A stretch of 64,000 nucleotides of DNA from Candidatus Fraserbacteria bacterium (GCA_947085185.1 CAMTVK010000003.1:128001-192000); one strand, 5' to 3'; shown: positions 9,869-25,117, numbered from the stretch's first letter. Notes: generated from the sequence alone by a model not told the origin. Numbers and translations: made by a program.

Positions 9869-12800
9869 ATGCGCAGACATCAGTATCTCTTCTGGATTCT
9901 CGGCGGTATCGTCGCGATGTTGCTCGGGACGGTAGGGATACCCCAAGAACCCTTTGATCCCAAGAGCCTCGCTCGTTTAGAGCACGACCCCAAGATAGAC
10001 AGTGTGCTCGAGCAGATCTTCAAACTCTCCGAGCAAGGACAAGCTCAAGCAGCTTCTCAAGCTGCCGTGCAGTTCCGCGTCCCAGTCTTGGGCAATATGG
10101 CGACCGTGATCTTCCAAGTTCCCGAAAGCGTCAGTCGGGACCCTGCTGCTCAAGATGTGCTCAAAAGACAGATTGCGCTCATGCGTGGGCAAGTCCTCGC
10201 GACGTCCAAATTTGCGTGGAAGGTCCAGGTGCCCATGAATCTCGGGTTGTTGCGCGCGGCCCTCGCTCAAGTGGGGAGCATCGTTCAGTTCGTGCGGCCC
10301 CCTCTCATCCCCCAGACGCTCGTCGTCAGCGAAGGGGTCGCCCTCACCGGGGCGTCGAATTATCACGCTCAGGGGTTTCGTGGCCAAGGCGTCAAGATCG
10401 CCGTGATTGACTTGGGATTTGCGGGGCTCACAGCTGCCCAGAGCCGAGGAGAGCTCCCCGGTGGCATTCAGACTTTTGATTACACCGGCACGGGAATTGA
10501 GTCCGGGACGAATCACGGCACGGCCGTCGCTGAAATTATCTACGACATGGCTCCGCAAGCCCAATTGCTCCTCATGAAAGTCGGCGACGAAGTTGACTTA
10601 GAAAACGCCAAAGAAGAAGCGATCCGCCAAGGTGCAAAGATCATCAATCACTCGGTCGGTTGGTTCAACACGAACTTCTACGATGGCACCGGGGTGATTA
10701 ACAATATTGTCGCTGACGCTCGCAGCCGTGGGGTCTTATGGGTCAACGCTGCGGGCAATTACGCGCGGCGCCACTGGCAAGGGACGTTCCGCGACACAAA
10801 TAATAACAAGTGGCACGAGTTCTCTGCCGGCAACGAGTCCCTCGGAATCTCCGTGAACGCCGGAGACCAGATCGGCGTCTTTCTTACTTGGAACGACTGG
10901 CCCAGCTCAGCTAACGACTACGATCTCTATCTGTTTAACAGTAACGGCACTCAAGTCGCCGCATCGCAACGCATCCAATCGGGCACGGAACCCCCAATTG
11001 AGAGTTTCTTCTATCAATCATTCGTGCCAGGAACGTATTACATTCGGATCAAGGCCGACGGAAATCCTGCGCCGCGGACGTTCTCGCTCTTTAGCCTCAA
11101 TCATGATCTTGAGACCCCTGTGCCAGCTGGAAGTATCATTGCGCCAGGGGATTCCCCCAATGCTCTGACTGTCGGCGCAGTGAATCGTCACAATTGGATG
11201 ACCGGCCCCATCGCGCCCTATAGCTCTCAAGGGCCGACCAACGCCGGGCTCTCTAAGCCCGATCTCGTCGGGCCCGATCGGGTCTCAACGTCTACGTACT
11301 CAGAGTTTCCGGGCACTTCCGCAGCCGCCCCGCACGTCGCCGGAGCGGCCGCGCTCTTGCTCTCAGAAAATCCCAATCTGACTGCAGGGCAGCTCGAGGC
11401 CCGTCTCAAGGGCGATGCGATCCCCATGGGGTCGCCGTTGCAATTTGGCTCTGGACGGCTCAATCTCACCCAGTCCGGCCCACCCCCAACCGGCCAGCCC
11501 GATCTCACCCTAAGTGGGCTCACCTCCAGCCCGTCCACCCCTCGTGTTGGGGACTTCGTCACAGTGAGCGGGATCGTGCGCAATATCGGGAACGCCAGCG
11601 CCGGGCCGTTCGTCATCGAAATCCGCGACAGCTCCGGCACAGATCGTCGTAATATTACGGGCCTGAACGCCGGAGGCGCGACGAGCTTCTCCTTCACCCG
11701 CCGCGTCAACCAAACGACAGAGATGTTCACCGTCATCGCCGACGCGACCAACCAAGTGAACGAATCCAATGAGACTAATAACTCTGCAGAGCTTCGTGTC
11801 ACCGCGACGCAGCCCACGCTCAAGCCCGATCTGGCTATTGCGAGTACAGATTGGTCGCCGCGCACCCTGACGGTGGGCCAGAACGTCACGCTTTCTATCG
11901 TCGTGCGCAATATCGGGAGTGCCAACGCCGGGCCATTCGTCGTAGAGATCCGCGACAGCGCCGGGACAGACCGCCAGACCCTCTCAGGGCTTGCTGTGGG
12001 AAGCACAGCTTCGCTTAGCTTCACCCGCAGAGTCAATAACACTACCGAGTTCTTCACGATCACCGTAGACGCGACCAATCAGATAGACGAGCTCGACGAG
12101 ACGAATAACACCGCTCAAATTCGCGTTGATGCTCAACCTCAAGCGCCGCGCAAATCTGATCTCACGATCGCCGGGGTAGATTGGTCACCGCGGACTCCCC
12201 GGCTGGGCGAGACCATAAATTTCACGGTCGTCGTGCGCAATCAGGGCGAGAGCGCCGCTGGGCCATTTATCGTCGAGATCCGCGATAGCGCTGGGCAAGA
12301 CCGACGGACGATCTCTGGGCTGGGAGCAACAAACTCCCTCTCGCTCTCGTTCACGCGACGCCAAAACAACGCCACAGAGATTTTTACTATCACTGCTGAC
12401 GTCACCAACCAAGTCGACGAGTCGAACGAGACCAATAACTCAACCCAAGTGCGCATCGACGCGCTCGCCGAGACGCGCCTGCCCGACTTGACTGTAGAAT
12501 CGCTTGACTCCTCTCCGCGCGACCCCGCCGTAGGAAGCACGCTCACCCTGACAGCGATCGTGCGCAATATCGGGAACGCCGATTCTGGGGCGTTCGTGGT
12601 CGAGCTCCAAGACAGCGCCGGAAGCGCCCGACAGACGCTCACCGGGCTGCGTGCTGGAGCTTCTGTACGCGTGGACTTCGCACGGCGCCTGAACAGCTCC
12701 TCAGAGACGTTCACGGCCATAGCGGACGCCCTGCGCCAAGTCGCTGAATCCGACGAGGCCAATAACACACGTCAGATCACCGTTCGGGCCTCAACGCCCA

Positions 12801-14050
12801 GTCAGCTCTCTATCTCCATCAGCACCGACAAGACGAGCTATCGTATCGGGGATAGACTGCAGATCTTCTTGCGCATCGGTGCCCAATCGTATGTCTATGT
12901 CTATGACGTTGATCCAGCGGGGCGGGTCTCTCAAGTCTTCCCCAACTCGTTCTCGCGCCAGAATCTCCTAAACGCCGGGACGTACACCTTGCCCGATGGC
13001 CCCTATACCCTCGCGATTACCGGCCCAGAGGGCACGGAATATCTGCACGCCATAGCAATCACCCAGCCCATAGATCTCGGGCTCAACGGAATGCAGAACA
13101 CAAGTTGGCTCAACCCCAGTGCGTTCCAGGCTGAGCTGGCTCGCCGTATCCAGAGCGTCGCTCCGTCGGCATCATGGACGAGCGCGTTCACGAGCTTCCA
13201 AGTCGGCACGAGCGCGCCCCCGCAGGGTCGCGCCCCAACGGCGTGCTTTACGTTCAGCCCCACAACCCCCATCGTCAATCAGCCTGTCACGTTCGATGCG
13301 TCATGCTCCACCGACCCTGATGGGCGCATCGTGCGCTACGACTGGGACCTCGACGGCGATGGGCGCTTCGACGCGCAGGGCGTGCGCGTCACGGCTGTCT
13401 TCCGTCAAGCCCGCACGTACACCGTGACCCTGCGCGTCACCGACGACAAAGGGCTCTCCGATGCTCAATCGAAAGATATCGCTGTCCAGACAACGAGCAC
13501 ACCTCCCACGCCCACGCCGCGCCTCCCGTACATTCCCCTGGGAGCTGGCGGGCTCTTCGTCATGGGCACGGACAAGCTCTATCTGATCGTCCAAGGGGCC
13601 ACGGGATGGAACAGTGATCGATCTTATCAAATCTCGCTCGCTGTGAACGGCCCTATTGAAGGCGTGAGCGTGCAAACAGAGGGCGCTGCTACAGCCCAGC
13701 CCGTCCCACAGATCACCGGCCAGCAGACCCAGCTCACCCTGGCCGGCTCGGTGCGCAGCAACGGACGGGTGATCTATACTGTCCAGCTGAGCGGCACCAT
13801 CTCGGCTGCGCGTCTTGAGCTTCTGCTCGACGTCAACGGTGACGGCACCCCAGAGCGCACCCAGACCAATACGATCTTCGTCTTCATTCCGGGCATTGGG
13901 CGCGTCCCCGGCTTCTATCTGCCGTTCAGCAACCCGTTCATCATCAAGAACGCTGCGAATCAATCTCTGCTGCCGTTTGGGGAGTTCACGCGGCTGTGCA
14001 TACCGTCGCAAGCGAGCGGCTTCGAGACGTCAAGCTGTTGGCCAGGGTAA
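9869..14050 (+). CDS. S8 subtilase with PPC-like insert, 4 CARDB repeats, DUF4384-like and PKD domains
   Basis: Catalytic motifs VIDLG, NHGT, AAGN, GTSAAAPHVAG; PDL...VRNIG...ESNETNN repeats; STDPDGRIVRYDWD. Confidence 0.9.
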   Translation: MRRHQYLFWILGGIVAMLLGTVGIPQEPFDPKSLARLEHDPKIDSVLEQIFKLSEQGQAQAASQAAVQFRVPVLGNMATVIFQVPESVSRDPAAQDVLKRQIALMRGQVLATSKFAWKVQVPMNLGLLRAALAQVGSIVQFVRPPLIPQTLVVSEGVALTGASNYHAQGFRGQGVKIAVIDLGFAGLTAAQSRGELPGGIQTFDYTGTGIESGTNHGTAVAEIIYDMAPQAQLLLMKVGDEVDLENAKEEAIRQGAKIINHSVGWFNTNFYDGTGVINNIVADARSRGVLWVNAAGNYARRHWQGTFRDTNNNKWHEFSAGNESLGISVNAGDQIGVFLTWNDWPSSANDYDLYLFNSNGTQVAASQRIQSGTEPPIESFFYQSFVPGTYYIRIKADGNPAPRTFSLFSLNHDLETPVPAGSIIAPGDSPNALTVGAVNRHNWMTGPIAPYSSQGPTNAGLSKPDLVGPDRVSTSTYSEFPGTSAAAPHVAGAAALLLSENPNLTAGQLEARLKGDAIPMGSPLQFGSGRLNLTQSGPPPTGQPDLTLSGLTSSPSTPRVGDFVTVSGIVRNIGNASAGPFVIEIRDSSGTDRRNITGLNAGGATSFSFTRRVNQTTEMFTVIADATNQVNESNETNNSAELRVTATQPTLKPDLAIASTDWSPRTLTVGQNVTLSIVVRNIGSANAGPFVVEIRDSAGTDRQTLSGLAVGSTASLSFTRRVNNTTEFFTITVDATNQIDELDETNNTAQIRVDAQPQAPRKSDLTIAGVDWSPRTPRLGETINFTVVVRNQGESAAGPFIVEIRDSAGQDRRTISGLGATNSLSLSFTRRQNNATEIFTITADVTNQVDESNETNNSTQVRIDALAETRLPDLTVESLDSSPRDPAVGSTLTLTAIVRNIGNADSGAFVVELQDSAGSARQTLTGLRAGASVRVDFARRLNSSSETFTAIADALRQVAESDEANNTRQITVRASTPSQLSISISTDKTSYRIGDRLQIFLRIGAQSYVYVYDVDPAGRVSQVFPNSFSRQNLLNAGTYTLPDGPYTLAITGPEGTEYLHAIAITQPIDLGLNGMQNTSWLNPSAFQAELARRIQSVAPSASWTSAFTSFQVGTSAPPQGRAPTACFTFSPTTPIVNQPVTFDASCSTDPDGRIVRYDWDLDGDGRFDAQGVRVTAVFRQARTYTVTLRVTDDKGLSDAQSKDIAVQTTSTPPTPTPRLPYIPLGAGGLFVMGTDKLYLIVQGATGWNSDRSYQISLAVNGPIEGVSVQTEGAATAQPVPQITGQQTQLTLAGSVRSNGRVIYTVQLSGTISAARLELLLDVNGDGTPERTQTNTIFVFIPGIGRVPGFYLPFSNPFIIKNAANQSLLPFGEFTRLCIPSQASGFETSSCWPG
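11494..12790 (+). repeat. four tandem ~105-aa CARDB-coding repeats (approximate ends)
   Basis: Recurring DNA such as TCGTGCGCAATATCGGG and GAGAC(C/T/G)AATAAC in each unit. Confidence 0.8.
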
Positions 14051-14057
14051 GAGCTGC

Positions 14058-14089
14058 AAAAAGAGGGGCGAAGGAGGACTTCGCCCCTC
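14058..14089 (-). terminator. intrinsic terminator between the convergent subtilase and ligA
   Basis: GAGGGGCGAAG-5nt-CTTCGCCCCTC perfect 11-bp stem with A5 on the left (U-tract on minus). Confidence 0.85.
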
Positions 14090-14099
14090 CTCTGTTTCT

Positions 14100-16281
<2,182 letters not shown>

Positions 16282-16390
16282 GCTCAGCATTATGACAGAT
16301 GAGGGGCGGGGAAGTCAAACACTGTACAAACTCTGCCGTGGCACATTATAATGAGCTCGATCTCAAACACGGTGAAGAGAGGAGGTCATT

Positions 16391-17908
16391 GTGGTCAAGT
16401 GGCTCTCTATCGCCATACTGACGGTTTTGGTAGTACTCGTGAGTGAAAGTAAGCAGGAGCAGTCCCTGTGCACCCTGACAGTGCAGCCGGGGCAGTCCAT
16501 CCAAGAAACTATCGACAGGGCTCCTGAGGGCGCAATCATCTGCGTGAGCGCGGATAACTTTCCATATATGGAGCATCTGACGATCACGAAGAGCCTGACA
16601 CTACGTGGTGCCGGCAGGAATAAGACGTTCCTGACTGGTAAAGAAATAAGCGATCAGCCAGTTATCCATATCAAGAGCGATAGAGAAATCGAGGTCGTCC
16701 TTCAAGATTTCACGGAGTCTTGGAAGCCCGGTAGTGAGTTTCTCCCCGGACTTTGGGGTCTATATATTCAAGGGCAAGCCAAGGTTACGCTCCAAAACGT
16801 GGAGATCCGCAGAAATAGCTACGGAATTGTCGTAGGCGATACAACTCAGCTCCACCTCGACCGTGTGTACATTCACACGAACACATGGGCAGGCTTGCTA
16901 GCTATGAACTCCGCTAAAGTGACGATTACACATTCCTTAATCGACTACAACTGGTATGTTGGCGGGATTTTTGTGGCACATTTCGCTCAAGTGACTATCT
17001 TTAATACCACGCTGAGCAACAACTCCTCGGGGCTTGTTGTGAGAAACTTCGCCCACGTGGAAGTCCAAGAGAGCCGTTTCTTGAACAATAGGTGGTGTGG
17101 TTTAGAGGTTGGGACACCAGAGGCTCAAGTGATAGGGGCACCTCAAGAGTTCCAAGGCAACGGGGCTGATCTGTGCGGCTACGCTCACGCCTCGCTGCGG
17201 AAGCTTTTGGCTGCGCAGACTGAGAAGACTGAACTGACTGTGCCCGGTGATTATGCGAATCTTCAAGGAGCTGTAGACGCGATTGCACCTGGAGGCACGA
17301 TTACTATAGCTTCAGGCACCTATGAAGTAGGATTGACGTTGTGGAAGCCCATAACACTCCGCGGGGCTGGGTCGGAGCGAACAATTCTGAAGGCTTTAGC
17401 CAATTGCCAGCTTGTGGGTTCCATCCTCGCTGGGGTTGTTGGAATACAGATTGAGAATTTAGCGATCACTACAGAAGGGCGTGGGACAGCTCTGGTCATC
17501 TTAGGACAAGGGCGTTTCAACACCGTCAAGATCTTCGATAACGGGTTCGACGGCCTTTTTATAGGCGGCCCTGCCATTGTGGAGATGCACAACAGCACGA
17601 TCTCCAGCAACGGCTCCTTCCCGGAATGCTCGATGGATAGGGTCATTTGTAACGGTATAGCGCTGTCCGGCCAAGCCCAATTGAAACTGACCGACTCAGT
17701 TATCAAAGACAATTGGGATTGGGGAATTGCAGCTGATCTTAAGCAGTGTGGTTCCCCTTATGATGCCTTCACTGGGAGCGTGATTTTTGCAGGCACCAAT
17801 ATCATTGAGGGGAACAATCGCTGGGGCAACCAGAAGGGCATAGGCAATCCGGGGAATCACCCTTGGAATAATCCCAGTGTGCCCGACGGGCAGGTCTGCT
17901 TGCCATAA
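16391..17908 (+). CDS. secreted right-handed beta-helix (pectin-lyase-like) protein with two repeated units
   Basis: SIQETIDRAPEGAII and NLQGAVDAIAPGGTI helix caps, N/G-rich coils; GTG start with AGGAGG; more AT-rich than neighbours. Confidence 0.8.
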   Translation: MVKWLSIAILTVLVVLVSESKQEQSLCTLTVQPGQSIQETIDRAPEGAIICVSADNFPYMEHLTITKSLTLRGAGRNKTFLTGKEISDQPVIHIKSDREIEVVLQDFTESWKPGSEFLPGLWGLYIQGQAKVTLQNVEIRRNSYGIVVGDTTQLHLDRVYIHTNTWAGLLAMNSAKVTITHSLIDYNWYVGGIFVAHFAQVTIFNTTLSNNSSGLVVRNFAHVEVQESRFLNNRWCGLEVGTPEAQVIGAPQEFQGNGADLCGYAHASLRKLLAAQTEKTELTVPGDYANLQGAVDAIAPGGTITIASGTYEVGLTLWKPITLRGAGSERTILKALANCQLVGSILAGVVGIQIENLAITTEGRGTALVILGQGRFNTVKIFDNGFDGLFIGGPAIVEMHNSTISSNGSFPECSMDRVICNGIALSGQAQLKLTDSVIKDNWDWGIAADLKQCGSPYDAFTGSVIFAGTNIIEGNNRWGNQKGIGNPGNHPWNNPSVPDGQVCLP

Positions 17909-17913
17909 TAAAA

Positions 17914-17975
17914 AGCCATCAGCGATCAGCAGTCAACAATAGCAAATAAGAGCTGAAAGCTAATCGCTGATTGCT
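17914..17975. repeat. palindromic heptamer repeat hairpin between convergent genes
   Basis: ATCAGCG ATCAGCA GTCAAC ... GCTGAAA GCTAATC GCTGAT. Confidence 0.7.
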
Positions 17976-19357
17976 CACTTCGCGATCTTGGGAAAACTGA
18001 TGGGCCGGCCGTGCTTCATCGCGTAGAGCGTCGCGACAAACGCTTTCTTGATCTTCTCAAGCTCTGCGAGCGTCAGCGGCGCTTGGCTGAGCTGCCCGTC
18101 TTCAATTCTCTCGCGAATCGCCTCTTCAACGAGCGTCTCGATCCGCGACCCGTTCTCGATAGACCGAGACGACGCTTCAATGCCATCAGCCAGCATCACA
18201 ATCGCCGTCTCTTTCGTCTTGGGCAGCTCGGCATCGTAGCGAAAGTCGTCGATCGAACACTCTTTTTGGCCCTCTCGGAGCGCTTTGACATAAAAATACC
18301 GAATGACTGAAGTCCCATGATGCTGCGGGATGAACTGCAAGACGTCCTCTTTCAGGCCATAGCGTCTTCCAAGCTCGATCCCATCGCGAATGTGTGCCGT
18401 GATGATCGTCTTGCTCAAGCTTGGGGCGAGCGCATCATGGGGGTTGACCCCGTTCTGTTGGTTTTCTAAGAAGAACTCTGGACGAACGATCTTGCCGATG
18501 TCGTGATAATAGCCGCCGACTTTGGCTAAGAGCGGGTCTGCGCCGATGGCTTCGGCTGCGGCTTCGCTCAAGTCAGCGACGTTAAAGCTATGATGGTACG
18601 TTCCTGGGGCTTTCTCGCGCAGTAGATCTAAGAGTGGGTGCGAAGGGTTGAGCAGTTCCATCAACCCCAAAGGGCTGGTCTTCTGGGTAATATGCTCAGC
18701 TACCGGCAATAAGCCCATAATTAAGAGAGCCGTCAGGGGGCCGCTCAACGTCACCCCTAGGAGCGAGTCGGGCCGAAAGCCTCCCCAAATCAGCGTGCCG
18801 CTGCCGTAGACGAGCACGTTCATCAACGCGATCTCCAGGCCGCATCGGGCTAAGTCCGACAGTCGGCTCAAGCCTCTCACGCGAAAGATCGCCACGAGCC
18901 CTCCACTTAAGGCGATCAACCCCAAAAGCGGCTGCCCCAAAAGCCCGATCACCAAAGCGACAAAGATATTGGTCGCTAGCCCCATGGGAAGCCCTGCAAA
19001 GAGCGTCACCAGCGCGGTCGCCAAAGGAGCCGGAGCCAGATAGGGCACCCACGGATGAACTATCTGAACTAAGAGCACTGTGAAGAAGATCGAGCCTGCG
19101 GTAAACCCCACAAGCCGGGGTGATACCCGCACTCGATGTGCAGCGATGCCCAAAACCACACACGCGAAGGCCAGAAGCACCCCTTGAGCTGCAATCTGTG
19201 CCCAGGACTCCAAAGAGATTCTCTCAAGCAATGTCAGGCGGAACACCTCCAAGGCCATCAAGGCCGCCCACAACAGCCCAGCAATTCCAACCTCAGGGGA
19301 GCTACAGAATGGCAAGGAGGGCTCGGAAGGGTTAGCTCTTGCCTTCGCTCTTTTCAT
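17975..19357 (-). CDS. membrane HD-domain phosphohydrolase (7TM-HD, PgpH-like)
   Basis: TM region then APGTYHHS, YYHDIGK, QHHGT, MLAD; follows phoH. Confidence 0.85.
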   Translation of the reverse strand: MKRAKARANPSEPSLPFCSSPEVGIAGLLWAALMALEVFRLTLLERISLESWAQIAAQGVLLAFACVVLGIAAHRVRVSPRLVGFTAGSIFFTVLLVQIVHPWVPYLAPAPLATALVTLFAGLPMGLATNIFVALVIGLLGQPLLGLIALSGGLVAIFRVRGLSRLSDLARCGLEIALMNVLVYGSGTLIWGGFRPDSLLGVTLSGPLTALLIMGLLPVAEHITQKTSPLGLMELLNPSHPLLDLLREKAPGTYHHSFNVADLSEAAAEAIGADPLLAKVGGYYHDIGKIVRPEFFLENQQNGVNPHDALAPSLSKTIITAHIRDGIELGRRYGLKEDVLQFIPQHHGTSVIRYFYVKALREGQKECSIDDFRYDAELPKTKETAIVMLADGIEASSRSIENGSRIETLVEEAIRERIEDGQLSQAPLTLAELEKIKKAFVATLYAMKHGRPISFPKIAK

Positions 19358-20276
19358 AAGCTTCGATGATCTTCTTCACCAAGGGGTGGCGGACGACATC
19401 GCGCTTGTCTAAATAGACGAACGCGATGCCCTCGATGTTTTTGAGGATCGTCTGGACATCTTTCAGTCCGGACTTGCCCTTCTGTAAGTCAATTTGGGTG
19501 ATATCTCCCGTGATCACGGCTTTGGATTTGAACCCTAAGCGCGTCAAGAACATCTTCATTTGGGTTGCTGTCGTATTCTGCGCTTCATCAAGGATAACGA
19601 ACGAGTTATTCAGAGTGCGGCCGCGCATGAACGCCAGCGGCGCGATCTCGATCCTGCCGTTTTCCATCAAGCGCTTCACTTCTTCGTAGGGGATCATATC
19701 GAAGATCGCGTCGTAGAGCGGGCGCAGATAGGGGCTGACTTTCGCCTCGATGTCGCCGGGGAGAAAGCCCAGCTCTTCCCCGGCTTCGACGGCAGGGCGG
19801 GTCAGTATCAACCGATGGCATCGTCCGCGCTTGAGATGATCAATAGCGATAGCGACAGCAAGATAGGTCTTTCCTGTGCCGGACGGCCCGATGCCAAAGA
19901 CGATATCGTTCTCACGGATGGCTTGGACATACTTAGCCTGCCCCATGGTCTTCGGGCGGATTTGTTCTCCCCAGTGGGTCGTCTGGATCGGCTCAGAGAG
20001 CACGCCATCAAGATTTTCTGACTCTTTCACGTGTTGAGAGAGGTAGCGCACCTCCTCGGGCGTGGGGACATGGCCGCTCTGGACGACCTCGAGCAACTTT
20101 TGGAAGAGATGCTGCACACGCGCGACTTCGTGCTCGGGGCCTTCGATGCGCACCGTGTCGCCGCGCCGCGTCACGCGCACCCCAAAGGTCTCAGCGATGA
20201 GAGTGATGTTCCGATCGTACTGCCCCAACACTGCTATGGCTTCCTCAGGGTTTTTAAGAAGGATTTCTTCTATCAC
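19332..20276 (-). CDS. phoH: PhoH-family ATPase
   Basis: GPSGTGKT, RPAVEAGEELGFLPG, FMRGRT, DEAQN. Confidence 0.95.
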   Translation of the reverse strand: MIEEILLKNPEEAIAVLGQYDRNITLIAETFGVRVTRRGDTVRIEGPEHEVARVQHLFQKLLEVVQSGHVPTPEEVRYLSQHVKESENLDGVLSEPIQTTHWGEQIRPKTMGQAKYVQAIRENDIVFGIGPSGTGKTYLAVAIAIDHLKRGRCHRLILTRPAVEAGEELGFLPGDIEAKVSPYLRPLYDAIFDMIPYEEVKRLMENGRIEIAPLAFMRGRTLNNSFVILDEAQNTTATQMKMFLTRLGFKSKAVITGDITQIDLQKGKSGLKDVQTILKNIEGIAFVYLDKRDVVRHPLVKKIIEAYEKSEGKS

Positions 20277-20333
20277 GAATCCTCCTCTGGCTTTATCATA
20301 CCGATCTCATAGGCAGTTGTCAATAGGATCTTT

Positions 20334-21809
<1,476 letters not shown>

Positions 21810-21815
21810 TCAATC

Positions 21816-23807
<1,992 letters not shown>

Positions 23808-23946
23808 TGCTGTGGAGTGATTATACCCCAGAGGCAGGCTGAAGACCAAGGGGTGAGGGGGCTGTAATGGGTGCGGCATCTTTTATAATCAATGGGTGCA
23901 CCAAAACGTTCCGGTAACGATCTCTTGGCGCACTAACTAGCTGTAT

Positions 23947-23974
23947 TTGACAATCCCTGTTTTTCCAGTAAGAT
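23947..23974 (+). promoter_or_regulatory. sigma70-type promoter of infA
   Basis: TTGACA-N16-TAAGAT. Confidence 0.65.
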
Positions 23975-24007
23975 GGATGCACCCCAGCCGAAGAAGGAGG
24001 TATCATC

Positions 24008-24226
24008 ATAGCGCGCGAAGATAATCTTGTGCGACGCGACGGCATCGTCGTTGCCGCCCCCAACCATGAACTGTATAAGATTGCTTTAGGCGACGGCCAT
24101 GAGATCACAGCATACTGTTGCGGCCGGATGCGGCGCTATCGCATTCGTATTCTCGTAGGTGACCGAGTCTCCGTAGAGTTTTCGCCCTATGACGTCAGTC
24201 AAGGGCGCATCGTCTATCGCTACTGA
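24008..24226 (+). CDS. infA: translation initiation factor IF-1, probable ATA start
   Basis: GRMRRYRIRILVGDRVSVEFSPYDVSQGRIVYR; AAGGAGGT-N6-ATA gives (M)AREDN and 72 aa. Confidence 0.88.
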   Translation: MAREDNLVRRDGIVVAAPNHELYKIALGDGHEITAYCCGRMRRYRIRILVGDRVSVEFSPYDVSQGRIVYRY

Positions 24227-24248
24227 GCCGTGACTGCGGAGAGAGAGC

Positions 24249-24416
24249 ATGAGAAACGTGAAGCGTGTCTTGGAACGCTATCGCGCTGGGGAGCTGTCAG
24301 TCTACGACGTCGCTCGCGCGCTCAAGATCAGCTTGCTGCACGCTGAACGTCTCATCAGCCAGATGCAGCCTATTGCTCAAAGCTCTGAATCCAAGGCCCA
24401 AGACGACAAGAGATAA
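24249..24416 (+). CDS. small HTH-like protein (55 aa)
   Basis: MRNVKRVLERYRAGELSVYDVARALKISLLHAERLISQ...; purine-rich GGAGAGAG upstream; below track cutoff. Confidence 0.55.
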   Translation: MRNVKRVLERYRAGELSVYDVARALKISLLHAERLISQMQPIAQSSESKAQDDKR

Positions 24417-24448
24417 CATCGTCACCGCCAACGATTATTCTCTAGGCT

Positions 24449-25117
24449 ATGACCGCTCACGAGAGATTCCTCCAGATCGCTCAGCGCTTGGAGAAAAGAT
24501 TCGGAAGGATCCAATGGGAAAGCCACGGCGACCCCCTCGACGTCTTAGTCTTGACAATTCTCTCGCAAAACACCAACGACCAGAATCGCGATCGAGCCTA
24601 TGAGTCGCTCAAGAGAGAGTTCCCCACCTACGAGAGCATCGTGCGCGCGCCCACCGAAAGAGTCGCCGAGGCGATCAAAGTCGGCGGGCTCCATCGTCAG
24701 AAAGCTAAGCGCATCCAAGAGATCTTACGGCGCATCAAGCGCGAGCGCGGTGAGTACGATCTGAGCTATCTCAAAGACTTAAGCACCGAAGAAGCCGTCC
24801 GAGAGCTTCTCAAATTTGACGGTGTAGGGAAGAAGACTGCCGGGGTCGTGCTCACGTTCAGCCTGAATAAGCCCTACTTCCCCGTCGACACCCATATTCA
24901 TAGAATCACCCAGCGCCTCGGACTAGTGAAGAAGCATCAAGATCCGCACGACGTGATGAACGCGCTCGTCCCGGATCACTTAAAATATCAGGTGCACTTG
25001 CACTTGATCTGGCATGGGCGCCAGACGTGCACGGCCCGCAGGCCCCGCTGCGATCAGTGCATGATCGCCGATCTGTGCCCATATCCGAAGAAATTACGCG
25101 CTAGATCTCTTAGTTAG
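24449..25117 (+). CDS. nth: endonuclease III (HhH-GPD glycosylase)
   Basis: LSQNT, GVGKKTA, PVDTH, 4Fe-4S motif C-x6-C-x2-C-x5-C. Confidence 0.9.
   Translation: MTAHERFLQIAQRLEKRFGRIQWESHGDPLDVLVLTILSQNTNDQNRDRAYESLKREFPTYESIVRAPTERVAEAIKVGGLHRQKAKRIQEILRRIKRERGEYDLSYLKDLSTEEAVRELLKFDGVGKKTAGVVLTFSLNKPYFPVDTHIHRITQRLGLVKKHQDPHDVMNALVPDHLKYQVHLHLIWHGRQTCTARRPRCDQCMIADLCPYPKKLRARSLS

Noticed and set aside
23880..23940. SOS box upstream of uvrB
   Set aside because: No convincing known LexA motif; only a weak GTGCACCAA/TTGGCGCAC inverted repeat.
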